Source of the DNA: Raillietiella orientalis
Taxonomy: Eukaryota
Reading direction: 5' to 3'
Length of the DNA stretch: 36,114 nt
Assembly: GCA_036172245.1 (NCBI GenBank)
Contig: JAYWIR010000188.1
Location: 1 to 36,114, forward strand
The position numbers and the translations under genes were made by a program. This document shows positions 20,783-31,678 of the stretch, piece by piece (the stretch's first letter is position 1; each line of letters begins with the position of its first letter). Below the pieces are notes generated by a model that searched no databases, had not been told where the DNA came from, and saw only the letters and a list, made by a program, of their open reading frames with translations.

Positions 20783-23700
20783 TTTCTCAGTCCGACGTGC
20801 GGTGGGGCAATCTTATCGTTTGCAGTCAATCAAACAAACAATCGAGGAGACAGGGAAGATTGGTAAGCCTTTCGGGAATGTACTTTGGTTTGTCTCTATT
20901 CATGTCTTCACCGGGCAAAGATTCGTTTTTTGCATACTCGAGGACGAAGGATCAGGAAGCAAAGAGTAGGGAGGGCAATTGAGGGATGGGTCGTTTAGTA
21001 CACACTACTTTGTGCCTCCTGGTGTCATGTCAGGATCCCCTGTCTGTCAGCTTTCTCAATCTTTCGAAGGACGTGGCTGAAAATCCACATGCTGACACCC
21101 TAGCCCCTCGAAGCTTTGTCTTCCGGATGAGGATGTTCGAACGAAAATGCCAAAATGCTCCTTAGAGTGGATTGTAAGGGGGAGGAAACAGCCCCCTCTC
21201 CTTAGATTCCTCGGAGGGTCCCACATCGAAATGGATTTTGGAAGTTCATCGCCTGCTTCGCCACCCTCCTCCACTCTTTGGAGAGGATTCTGCAGATGTA
21301 CAGGTGGAGTGGGGCTTCTAAGATCCCTCACGCGGGACAGGCTCCACCGTTCGGGTTTTCAGTCCAATGTCGGAGCCTTGTGCCGCACAGGATCCCTCCG
21401 TGGAACACCAGGAGGCAGTCCCGAATCTCTGGAGGCAGTTCTGACCTCCAAAGGACGGTCCCTATGGCTATTGGATTTAGGACCGGTTTCCTGAACCTTT
21501 CCCACACCTTTGATATCACGTCCTCGGCATTGCTTTTCGACTTGAAGAGACATCCAGTCCTCGGGGTTCCACTCTGAGCCAATGCGAGTCCTGGTCTTGG
21601 CAGAGTCCGCGGGTCCCGTTAGTCATCCATCCTTGCGGCTGGCGCTTGTAATGCAACACTTTGCTTTCGTGGATGTTGGTGGCGAGGTGCTCTCATTCTG
21701 CGATGGTGACTGTTTTTATGCTCTAGAGCAATTTTTGTGTGGCAGAGGACACGCTGAGGAATCGTGAACGACCAACTCTTTGCCCCGAGGTTCCCTGCTT
21801 TTCTGGACGATCCCCGAATTCTTTCTTCGTGCCAGTTCTTGTTTCCTTCTCGGTGTGGGGTCTGTCAGGTACCACTGTCCTGTTGATCCGTGCAAGGGGC
21901 GCACCAGGCCCTCGGTCCCGTTGATACTCGACGCTCCTTAGGCTCGATGGGACGCATATGACCATTGGTAATAGGCGCCGACGTGCCTGATGATGTGCCG
22001 CAGGTCCCGGAGAACTGGGCAACGTGCGCCATGACTGTACCTCCTTCCTGGAGCGGTCAGCACACATACGCTTACTCTCGGCATCCGGTCACTGCTTGCC
22101 AGGTGTCGCCGGATGTAAGCCAGGTTCGGTCACCTTCTCCGGCATGCTGAGGAAGACCGTCCCGAGCGAGAACTTGGGTGTGAACACCGGTTTCATTGTC
22201 CTTCTCCCTCAGGGAGAAGTTCGCTCGCGCCTTGGTGGTCCAATGTTTGATTTCTGACTCTTTCCAGGATGCCCTTCAATTTGAGTCCTCAGAGTGCCAG
22301 TGGTCTTTTGGCGTCTCCGATGCGGACTCCCAAGTGTTTTGCCACGGCTGCTGTCCCGATTCCGTGGGATCTCAGGGGGGTGACGTTTGCTGTCCGGTTT
22401 TCATGGCCAAGGCGATTGTCCAGAAACGGCCTTCCATCCTGCTCGTCTGCCATGACACGAAGAGCAGATCGTCGGCGTAGGCCAGGTGGTTGACTCTCTC
22501 CCTTTCCGGGGCGAGTCCCTGCGGTGGACTCGCCGCCGTCGCGTAGGGCGACACCTGGTCCATGTTCAGAACGAAGAGCACGGGGCTCCAGGTTTCTCCA
22601 TGTCGGACTCCCCATTCGAACATCCGGTGATGCCAAGGCCGTTGATCCTGACGGCGAATTTTGCTTACCGCGTGAGTGGTCAAGGATTCTTATTCGGAAA
22701 ACCCGTCTTCCCGAGGATCCTGAGCAGCGTGACGTGATCCCTTCCGATTCGAAGGCCTTCGCGATGCCGATGAGGAGTGCAGCATCAGGTCGCTTCCCGG
22801 GATGCGCCTGGATCCTAGCAGGGCTTGGGCGCGCTTGACGTTCTCCCATGCGTCCTGCTTGGAACGGCGCACGTCCGCGTAGGAAAGACCACAGTCCCGA
22901 GGCACTTCTTCAGTCCGTCTGCCCGGATCTTGGCCATCCACCTCGCATCCTAGATCGACCTCCACTGGTTGGTGGACCAAAAATTGCCACCTCCACCCTT
23001 CGGGAGTTACCGCAACCACCCCCTGCTACGATGCAAGGAGGCGGGAAGTCTACCTCGATCCTCCCTCGGACCCGGATGAGCAGCTGCCGGAAGAATCGCT
23101 GGTAGGCCAGCAGGTGCCGCTGACAGTGCGTTACGGGCGCGTTGTCGGAACCTGCCGTCACGTCCCTGCAAGGCCCCGGGAACGCCGCTTTGAACTCCTC
23201 ATCGTCCGTAATTTCCGCTTCGATCTCTGAGGACTGTCGTGCGGCCAGTAGTTTCACCGCACGAAGACGCCTCGGTTCCGAATTCCCTGCCCGGAACAGC
23301 CGGGAGAGGCAGTGGCAGAAAGCGCCCACCCTCTTGTTCCGACGTTCGGCAGTCGGTGTCTCGATATTAGATGTGAAGGATGTCTGTGGATTGGTCTTGC
23401 TCCTCCCATATTTCATTTACGTCCTTCTTCCCTCTTTTGTCCGGGTATCTACTCTGGGGCTCTTCCCAATACGCGAAGTGAAAGGCGTCGCGTCGGTGGA
23501 TCCCCGGGCAGGCTTCTTCTCGAAGTGTCCTGTCGTCGAATCGCATGTTTGAGAAGAGGTGGTGGACTGCATGTTCAAGGCGATCTCAGTCGTCTACGGA
23601 GTGGATGGTGCTTCTGGCAAGGATTGTCTTCACGACGCGCTGGTATTGCGGGTAACATTCGCATCAGACTAGCATGCATATGAGTGTTGGCCTTGGCTAC

Positions 23701-24717
23701 TGGTGCTCCCTCCTGGGATTTCACCAGTGCAACTGGAACCTCAACAGGGGGTAGCCCGAGAAGTCGGGGAGACCAACTACGTCTACGGGCTCCCGGAGCC
23801 CCCTGGATGCGGTTTGCGACGGCCCGTGAGTGCGGGATGTAGTCGATGTGTGTGAAGCTCGAACCTATCCACGCGATGTCGAGTGCTTCCGCCACGTGGC
23901 AGTGAATGCTGAACGTCTAAGGCAAGCCGCCGGTTGAGGTTAATGTTGAGGTCGCCCATCTCAGCAGGATGAGACGTCCTTCGGTGCCGCCTTGCTCTTG
24001 AGAAGAGTTCCCAAGACCAGCGAGAAGGCTTCCCTCTTCTCATGAAGCCGTATACCTTCACCGCAAGGACGACTTCCAGGATGGCCACCACCTCGCGGTT
24101 GGGCTCTCCCTGGCTGACGTCGATGGTCGCTCGCAGGTGCTGCGCCCACGTGGTGTCGCTGCCTGTTCCGCCAGACAGGTGGACGGTCGTCCCCACGATC
24201 TCGGAGATGCCGTGGACTACAACCGTCTTTCGGTTGAGGAGAAGCCCATTGTCGAGATCGTCGATCACCTCCGAACTGTCCGTGTAGATGGAGAATCCCA
24301 CGACGAACGGCATGATCTCCTTGATACACTGAAAATCAATTCCTTTGCTGTCGATCCCGAGGTAGATCTCCCTCAATGCTCTGTCCGTCCGCGTCCTGTT
24401 CGTCATTACAAAGGTGACCGAGGTCACGTCCGGGCCGAAATTGCTTAGGAACCGGAACCCCTTTCGATTTGTCAGCAGACGATGCAGCCGCGTACGTGCA
24501 CCAATGCCCTCGTCGGCGAAGACGCGGATGCGGTCACGTGCGACAATGCCACGGGTGCCTTGCTGTCGTCGTCGTCGCACGCGAAACTTCCATCCGTCCG
24601 CAGGCCGCATCCGTACTCCCCACCGTCTCCACGACTACCGGTCTCCGCAGGGACACGCAACCGGAACACCATGCGTCCGCAGTTCAGACAACACAGCTTC
24701 TGCCTTTAGATTACGAC
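20783..24717 (-). mobile_element. Heavily degenerate family S element
   Basis: ORF1 remnant LREIYLGIDSKGIDFQCIKEIMPFVVGFSIYT, RT remnant NHLAYADDLLF and C-terminal AIGTVLWRSELPPEIRDCLLVFHGGIL. The 3' motif GCCCCACCGCACGTCGGACT lies at 20808-20789. Confidence 0.85.
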
Positions 24718-24835
24718 TTGCCCTAACAGGGCACTCAAAAAATTCGGAAAACGCTCTTTTCGACGCTCCCGCCCACGGATTTCTTTAGTAAAAGGCGAAA
24801 GAAATGCGCGCTTAGAGCGGGAGCCCGAGCACGTT
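24718..24835 (-). ncRNA. U5: U5 spliceosomal snRNA gene, apparently full length (about 118 nt)
   Basis: Invariant loop 1 in TTTCTTTC-GCCTTTTAC-TAAAGAAAT, stems GCTCCCGCT/GGCGGGAGC and GCTC/GAGC, Sm site AATTTTTTGAG, and 3' hairpin TGCCCT-GTT-AGGGCA. Confidence 0.95.
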
Positions 24836-26049
24836 CCGATTGCATCCGATGTTGGCCTGAAAGTACAGTTAAGGTCCCCACGTAGTGGCGTTGAAGTCAG
24901 TTTAGAGCTGATACTTTTGGAAAACAAAATCACTCATTTTCTATGTTTAGAAGGTTTCGCTTTCGAAGATAAAGAAAAGGAAGCTCAGTTTCATCTGCGA
25001 CAATTTCTGTCACGACATTGAGTGGATTCATAAGTAAATTTTCAAAAAGATCAAGTCTGCGCTGCCTGCCATCTATCTTACGATCCTTGCACCGAATTAG
25101 TGACAAGCATGACGAGAGCCTTCCAGCGCCGCGCTTTCAATATTTCCAAAGATCGTGCTTCTTCGAGGGTAAATATTTGACGATGACGTTTCCATTTGGA
25201 AAAGGCAAACCGCGATTCCTCAATGTTGCACCCATATTCGACCTTCGAGCTTTTGTTGACTGCAGTGCACCTTCGTCAAAGAGTCTGAAAGGAAAAGTCC
25301 CTAAGCAAAGCGCTCGCAAAGATGCAAAAGTTGCACCGGTGGTTACCATTTCCCTGCACTTTGAGGGGTGGCTCAACGATTCGAGGGTGACAGCGACGAG
25401 AGCATGACTGCAGTGCTGATGTACGGGCTCAACTCCCTGCGGCGAAATTTGCTGCAGACGGATTCAAGAAGCTTGTTCCGCGGTGTCAAAAGTGGGAAGT
25501 GACGGTGAGAACGGGCAAAAATGAGATGGGGATGCATGTGTGTAGAAACCACCACTAGTGCATTTTTGTTTCTCTGATTCGTTCTTCCTTTATATCCGGT
25601 TGGCCCTTACTTTGGACATGCGCCTCGTATAAACGGAACCTATAGGGAAGACGCTGCCAGCGTGGTCACGAGAGGAAACGAAAGATTCTTTTGGAAACCA
25701 CGGCTGCGCATGCGTTAGAATCTCCTAGATACCATTTGTGCGTCGATTCACCATTTAGGGGTCTGGATTGCGCTGGCTCCACGACACGCTTGCTCGATCC
25801 TGGTGCAAGTCTTTTGTCGGAAGAATGCGGAACGTGGTTCGCCCAAAATTACGGATCCACTAATCTCTCGAGCTAGACGTGCAGTGGCGTGACTTCACAC
25901 GTCCACAGCTTGCAGCAACACTTGCACATTCGTTTAAAACAGCATCTCGCACTGTTGTCCACCGTGATGGCTTCCTCTCGGTGTTCTGTCGTAACGCTGT
26001 TCTCTTGGGGATGGTGGACAGATGCTTCGGTGCTGCTTTGAGATCACCA

Positions 26050-28680
26050 GGCCATCTGCAGTTCCTGTAGGTAAGCATACGTAAGTGCTCATGCAGGCAT
26101 CCTTCGGCAGTTGAGGGTATCTTCAGCCGCTTTTACAAGGTCTTGTTCGACGGCATGTTTCTCCGCCTTCGCACCCGGATGCTGCTGATGAAGAAGGCAA
26201 AGATGGTTTCCAACATCGGGTTGTACGCCGGAACTTCCAACTCGGACATTCCCGTGGAAGATCACGCATTCAGGACGCCCTCTGGCAAAACGTTCTTCAT
26301 TCATCCACTGTCCAGTCGTTGGCCAGTGGCAGACAGATGAGGTAGCACGTGGAGTTTGGTTTCGCCACGCGCTTAGGAGCTTCATGCTGACTTCTCCTTG
26401 TGAGGTGTCGAAGCCGAGCACCGCACAAGAGATCTCCGGCGTAGGAAAGCAGGAAGCCATCTAGCGTGTTCGGTGGTGAGTCGGCTGTCCAGATCGCGGT
26501 GACCGCCGATCGCCCTGCAGATTTATCTGCGTCGTGAGGAAACGTCGGGTTCCCGCTGACAGTACGGGTCTCCCTTGCCGCGTCCGGTCTTCGCATCCTC
26601 TCTCTTCACTTGGCTCTCTGGAACACCATTCACTTCCTTTCCAAAGTTTTCCAGAGCTCCCTCGTCCCGCAGGCCACTCTGCGTCCCATTTTCGTGATCC
26701 ACTGGAAGAGCCACATCTGGTGGCGGTTTTCGCTGGTTGCGAGCGGTTCGGAATGCGCGCACGATCTTCAGATGGGGTCTCTGATGAATCACTGTTCCCT
26801 GCGGCAAATACACGAAGCGGAATATCTCCGGAGGCGATCTTTCGTCCCAGAGTCTCTTGGCTTATGGGCTCTATTTTCAGCTGGTGGATGCTGAGCAGCT
26901 GCATTTTCCGTGAATTCGAGGGGTCGACCGAATACCACTTGTCATCCTTGGTCACTGGGGCTACCATCATGCCTCCAGACTCTTACAGCACCTTGGCTCG
27001 GGCTATGCAAGCAGCGTAGGGACGCCCATCTCAAGATCTTAGCGGCTTCGATTAGTTGACGAGCGTCGGAGAGCTGGGCTTCCCACTCTGTCGGTTTCAT
27101 CCACACGCACGTACTCCGCCAAGTATCGCGGGAAGCACAGATTCTCCAGAATTCCGAGGAATACTCCCGTGGTCCACGGAGTGGAGCACCTTCACCATGT
27201 CGGTGAAGCCCAGCATGCGGTTGTCGCCGAGGTACCGACTCAAGCCGATCGTTGCCTGGGGCGCACTCGACGTTGTCAGGCATGCGCGTATCCGCGAGGC
27301 AGAATCGACGATGGAATTGCCTTTTCCATGTGGATGGCCCGGATCTTCGCCAGCCACTTGGGACGTCCGTGCTCAAGGTGGAGATTTGCCGCAACTGCGA
27401 TACTTTCGCAAGGCCCCCGTTTGTTGAGCAACAGCCTCATCATGCTTGCATGGGACGACGCTGGAGGCTACCGTCCTCTCCTGATCCCATTCGTCTGAGC
27501 TCGTGGAACGGACGGGGACAAACGTGTGGGTGCCGTCGAACGTGGCGCACGCACGCAACACCGTCACCTGCCGCCACGCCCTAGCGCAGTCCCGCCAACA
27601 AGCCCTTGATTTCCTTGACCGTTGATATCTTGCTCCGGGATATGCTGTGGTCTCGGCCAAGCCATCTCTGCGGATATCGGAGGGCGACTTGCAGCTACAT
27701 AAGGAGCAGAAAGGAAATGGAAGCGGGAGACGTCATGCTCTTGGAACGCCCCGCGGTACCTGCGGTGCCCTCCGACATGTACCAAAGCGCATTCTGGGAT
27801 TCCATGGAGAAGACGCCTGTGGAGACGTTCTTGCCCTCCATCAGGCCAGCGTCCCCATTCACGCGGTGGAAAACGTACCGTCACTCGTACTGATCCCAGT
27901 ACCGCGAGAATAAGCGGTCAAAATCGCGCGGACTCCATGCACAAACTCCTAGAAGCCGGTACAACAGCTCAGCTACAGGCGGTATCACACATGCACATCT
28001 TGCGAGGGCTCGCCGTGGGCGATGACACCTAGTATACGGGCATCAGAAAGAAGCTTGGAGCATGCTCCTGCAACTCCTGCAAAGACGTCTTCCATATGAC
28101 TGCGCAATGTAACCTGTTTGCAATCTCGTATAGGGAGAAAAACTCACACATTCTGAGGCGTTGTACAACGGCGTATCCCGGAAAAGTAGAACGCCGTAGT
28201 CGCTAGACCTCAAAGAACGCGAAATCGCTTCCCATTCAGCACCATACCACTCTCGATGAGTGTCTCTTGCAGCTCTGCGAACGAGGTATATAGCGAAAAC
28301 ACAATTGATGAAGATAGGATCGCCATTAATTTTTCAAAGTCCACATTTCGCTTGAGGAAAAAGACATACATGTCACGCAAATTGGAGGCACCTAACATCC
28401 CCATTAAAAAGGTGATATCAAAGTCAAAATTCATAAGAGATTTGTCCAACCGCTGTATTTCCAAACTTTCGGGCCTAGAAAACGCCACATTCCTAGCAAC
28501 TGGAATGGCAGCCGCCACTGCAGCATAAGATAGCGACAGCGTTGCCAGTAACGGCGTAGCTCCCACCTTGGAGGAGCGAATTTGGAAAAATAACATAAGC
28601 GTAGGGGTCGTCCTAGATCGTCCATCCACTGGTCGGTTGAAATTGACAACACTTCAGCTTCCGCAAATACAGGCGGAGTC
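26050..28680 (-). mobile_element. Very degenerate, internally deleted family S-like element
   Basis: ORF1 remnant SYAAVAA...NLRDMYVFFLKRNVDFEKLMAI (28629-28210) and RT remnant QATIGLSRYLGDNRMLGFTDMVK (27357-27097). C-terminal similarity continues to about 26090. The 3' boundary is uncertain. Confidence 0.75.
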
Positions 28681-28681
28681 C

Positions 28682-28741
28682 TTCACCCAAAAGGTGCAAA
28701 ACAAAAAATTCGCCATGGTATCGCTGCATTCAGGCAAGTAT
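28682..28741 (-). ncRNA. Candidate short U1-like Sm-site RNA, or internally deleted U1 relic
   Basis: Minus strand reads ATACTTGCCTG (U1 5' end with one mismatch), AATGCAGCGATACCATGGCG, AATTTTTTG (Sm-like), then a weak hairpin CACC-TTTTG-GGTG. It occupies the head position of a family S-like ORF1. Confidence 0.4.
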
Positions 28742-28819
28742 CCGGCATGCACAGAAATAAGAAGACGGAAATTATGGAGGGCAGCTTTCAGGTAAACATA
28801 AACGTGCTATTGTAAGACT

Positions 28820-29000
28820 CAATGCTTCCAACCGCGATTACTTTCTTTATCACAGCAATTCTGACACGAAGGACTGATATTCACAAATCCCGAAGAACAG
28901 CACTGCAAATCGAGATTTTTAAAAAAATTCGGACAGAATAAGATAAGGGTCACGAACTGATGTAATTATGGAAGTATAGCACATTGCGAATAAGATTACG
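28820..29000 (+). pseudogene. Old ORF2 C-terminal remnant related to family S
   Basis: MLPTAITFFITAILTRRTDIHKSRR aligns by eye with MVLTTLALFITAIVIRRAKMYTQRR of the intact ORF2. Confidence 0.6.
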
Positions 29001-29809
29001 ATAGGGAAAAGGACCAATGCACCGCACACCCTGCACCCAAACCAAAAGAATGCCTCCAGCCTGTATTCAACTGCAAACAACGCAGACACGACGATTTTGG
29101 CAACCTTAACCAAGGAACGGGTAAAGGAGCTACTCCCTCACGTAAGAGGCCGCCTGCAGGGAAAATGCAGGAGGACAGGAGGCGGAAACGACGAAAGGAA
29201 AGCGCCTGCATCGAAGACGTGAACGAGATGACAGCCGGAAGCAGTGCACAATTTCCAGAACCGGTGGTTAGCGACAAACGTTGACAAGCAGCAAGCGGAA
29301 ACACGATGAGAACAGTCCATCGAACCTACGACACGCGAAAGGAAGCTGGGCAGGAAAAGTAGACAAAGAGGCAAAACCAAACGAACAAGCTCTAAGGCGC
29401 ACACACCAACGGGAAGCACGCTTTGCAAACGCGGAAAACCGCGGCGAAACAACGCTGGGATCGACTGACGTCGGAAGCACGTGCGCAGCATACGGAGCGA
29501 CCAATCGCACAGCGGCAACGCCGCACACTCGCAGCAATGGGGCAACGAATAGTGCACAGAAAGCAAAAGAGAGGGAAGCAGAGATGTCAACAAGGCAAAC
29601 ATCAATCCGACTAAACTCTCGCCAAACCAAGGCAAAACAAAAAATAATACAAAAAATGTTTAGTACAAAAAAACAAGCACAGCCACAAAAATATCACAAA
29701 CACATGCCACAAATAACACATTGAAGAAATACTGCGCAGCAAAAAACATCCAGAAACTGCGTGAAACTCAACAGTAGAAACAATGCCAAATTCTAACATA
29801 TACAAAATC

Positions 29810-29972
29810 ATACTTACCTGGCTTCGAGGCGATCTTGGTCACCATGGAGATCCCTCCAGAGTGAGGCTCGATCATTGCACTGCGATTGGGCTGACCTCTG
29901 CGATAACCCCAAACGTGGGTTACTCGGAAGCATAATTTTTAGGCTGGGAGACTGCGTTCGCGCGGACTCCTG
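29810..29972 (+). ncRNA. U1: U1 spliceosomal snRNA gene, full length (about 163 nt)
   Basis: Begins ATACTTACCTGG. Stem I is GAGG-C-GATCT/AGATCCCTC. Stem II carries the U1A loop ATTGCAC (29874-29880). Sm site AATTTTTAG, terminal stem with a TTCG loop (CTGCG-TTCG-CGCGG). Confidence 0.97.
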
Positions 29973-30110
29973 CGAATTTCTTCAAAGTAAGTGGTTTTTT
30001 TCGAGTGCTGTGTGGAAAGTGGTGCCACAGAAAGGGACCGTGGACTTTGCCCTACCACCCAGTGTGCGGAGGAGGACGTTGCCCCACGGGATCGGCCCCA
30101 GTGGGGGAAA

Positions 30111-31672
30111 ATGGAGGCGGTGGACGTCTCCACATGTGCGAGGCCGGTAGAGGCGCTGGCGGCGAGATCGGCGGAAGGGCCGAACGCAGCGTGCGCGGGA
30201 GCGGCGTCCCCTGCAACGCTCGTTGCGACGCCCGTATCGATCCGCCCTGCGTCGTACGCGGCGGCAGCAGCGGCGGCGCCACCTGGAGGTTGGAATGCGG
30301 CGGCGGTGAAATCGGTCGGTTTTCCGGGAGTGCCTCCGGCAAAACCGAGGATCCCTGTCCAACCAACAAGGTACATCCTGGACGACGAGGATGAGCCTAT
30401 ACTCGTCCTGCCGGCAGATGTCAAGCCGGTAGTTTTTAACTGCGGTCCCCTTCGTTTGGCAAACGTGAAGGACATTTACATCGCCCTTCATCAGAAAAAC
30501 GTCGATATGGACGTAGTTCAGGCCATGATTCCGTGTGGGAACGGTTTCACCATTTACACGTCGTGCGATCCCCTCATCGAGGCACTTTGCGATCACGGCT
30601 TGACCATCAGTGGGAAGCTATTCCGTGGAGTAGGAGAAACCTCCACGACGACAGTGTACCTGAAAGGGGTTGACTTTCACACCAGCAAGAAAGTCATCAA
30701 GAACTTCCTGTCGCAGTACGGGGAAGTCCACCATCTGGAGATACGGAACCAGTTTGGTGAGATCTTCTCCGGAGAAGGATTTGCCAAGATGCGCCTGTAC
30801 GAAAATGCGCAGATGCCTGGCGTGGCTTACATCGACGCGTATTCGCAATCGGTGATGTTCAAATACAGGCAACAACCTGTATTTTGCGCAGGCTGCAAGA
30901 CGTTTGGGCACCGCATCGGAGCATGCCCTAGGGCTCAATGTCACCGATGCGGCCAGCGAGGCCACTTCTTCCGGGAGTGCAACCAGCCCATAAAGTGCTA
31001 CTTCTGCGGCTTGTCTGGTCATTCGAAGAAGGAATGCAGGCGATACGCCGCATGGAGGGACGCACAGGGGCTGCCACCATTAACGGTGGAACCGCAAGTG
31101 CAAACGGAAGAGGAGAAGAAGACTCCTTCGGCCGAGGTGACTGCCAGGAAGGCGGCAGAACTCACCGAAGGGAAAAGAAGCCCGCAAAGGGGAAGAGAAA
31201 GACAGCACCACAACCTTCTGTGGAAGCGCCGGCGGAAGAGGCCGAGCCAGCCAAGGAAGCGGTGGAAATACAAGCTGCAGAGTTGGCGGAAGTTGCCAAC
31301 GTAACAGCAGAAGTGCAAGAAGTCGCGAAAATCGTGCAGGAAGCAGTAACCAGAGAAGCGAAGGCAGAAGCTCTGGAACGCATCAGCCGGGTGGAGGCCT
31401 CCATCAACGAGCGCGTTCCAGACGCGGCCAAACGCTTCCAATTGGAAGAAAGGATGCTGGAAGTGAAACAGCGCTTCGCCAGAGGGGAGCTTGAGGATCT
31501 GCAATATGCAGTCCCTCGAAGCGTCCTTAATGAAACGAGGCACTCAATCGCAGACAGCACCGACTACGTCGGGTCAGAAAGCGACGTAGGAGATCAGCGA
31601 GACGCAAAGGGGGGGACGACAACGTCTCCCAAGAAGAAGAAGAGCAAGAGGAAGAGCAGGTCCTCCAACTAG
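30111..31672 (+). CDS. ORF1 nucleic-acid-binding protein (three CCHC knuckles), with one frameshift near 31173
   Basis: Knuckles CAGCKTFGHRIGAC, CHRCGQRGHFFREC and CYFCGLSGHSKKEC. The C-terminus continues in the 30938-31672 frame, which matches the paralog piece at 19506-19147. Confidence 0.88.
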
Positions 31673-31678
31673 TCCCCT

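Noticed and set aside
29138..29811. Hydrophobic minus-strand ORFs as membrane proteins
   Set aside because: They are explained by the low-complexity T/G skew of that strand.
31170..31176. GGGAAAA as a programmed -1 frameshift site
   Set aside because: Codon phase is GGG-AAA-A, not the required X-XXY-YYZ. A 1-bp deletion is the simpler explanation.
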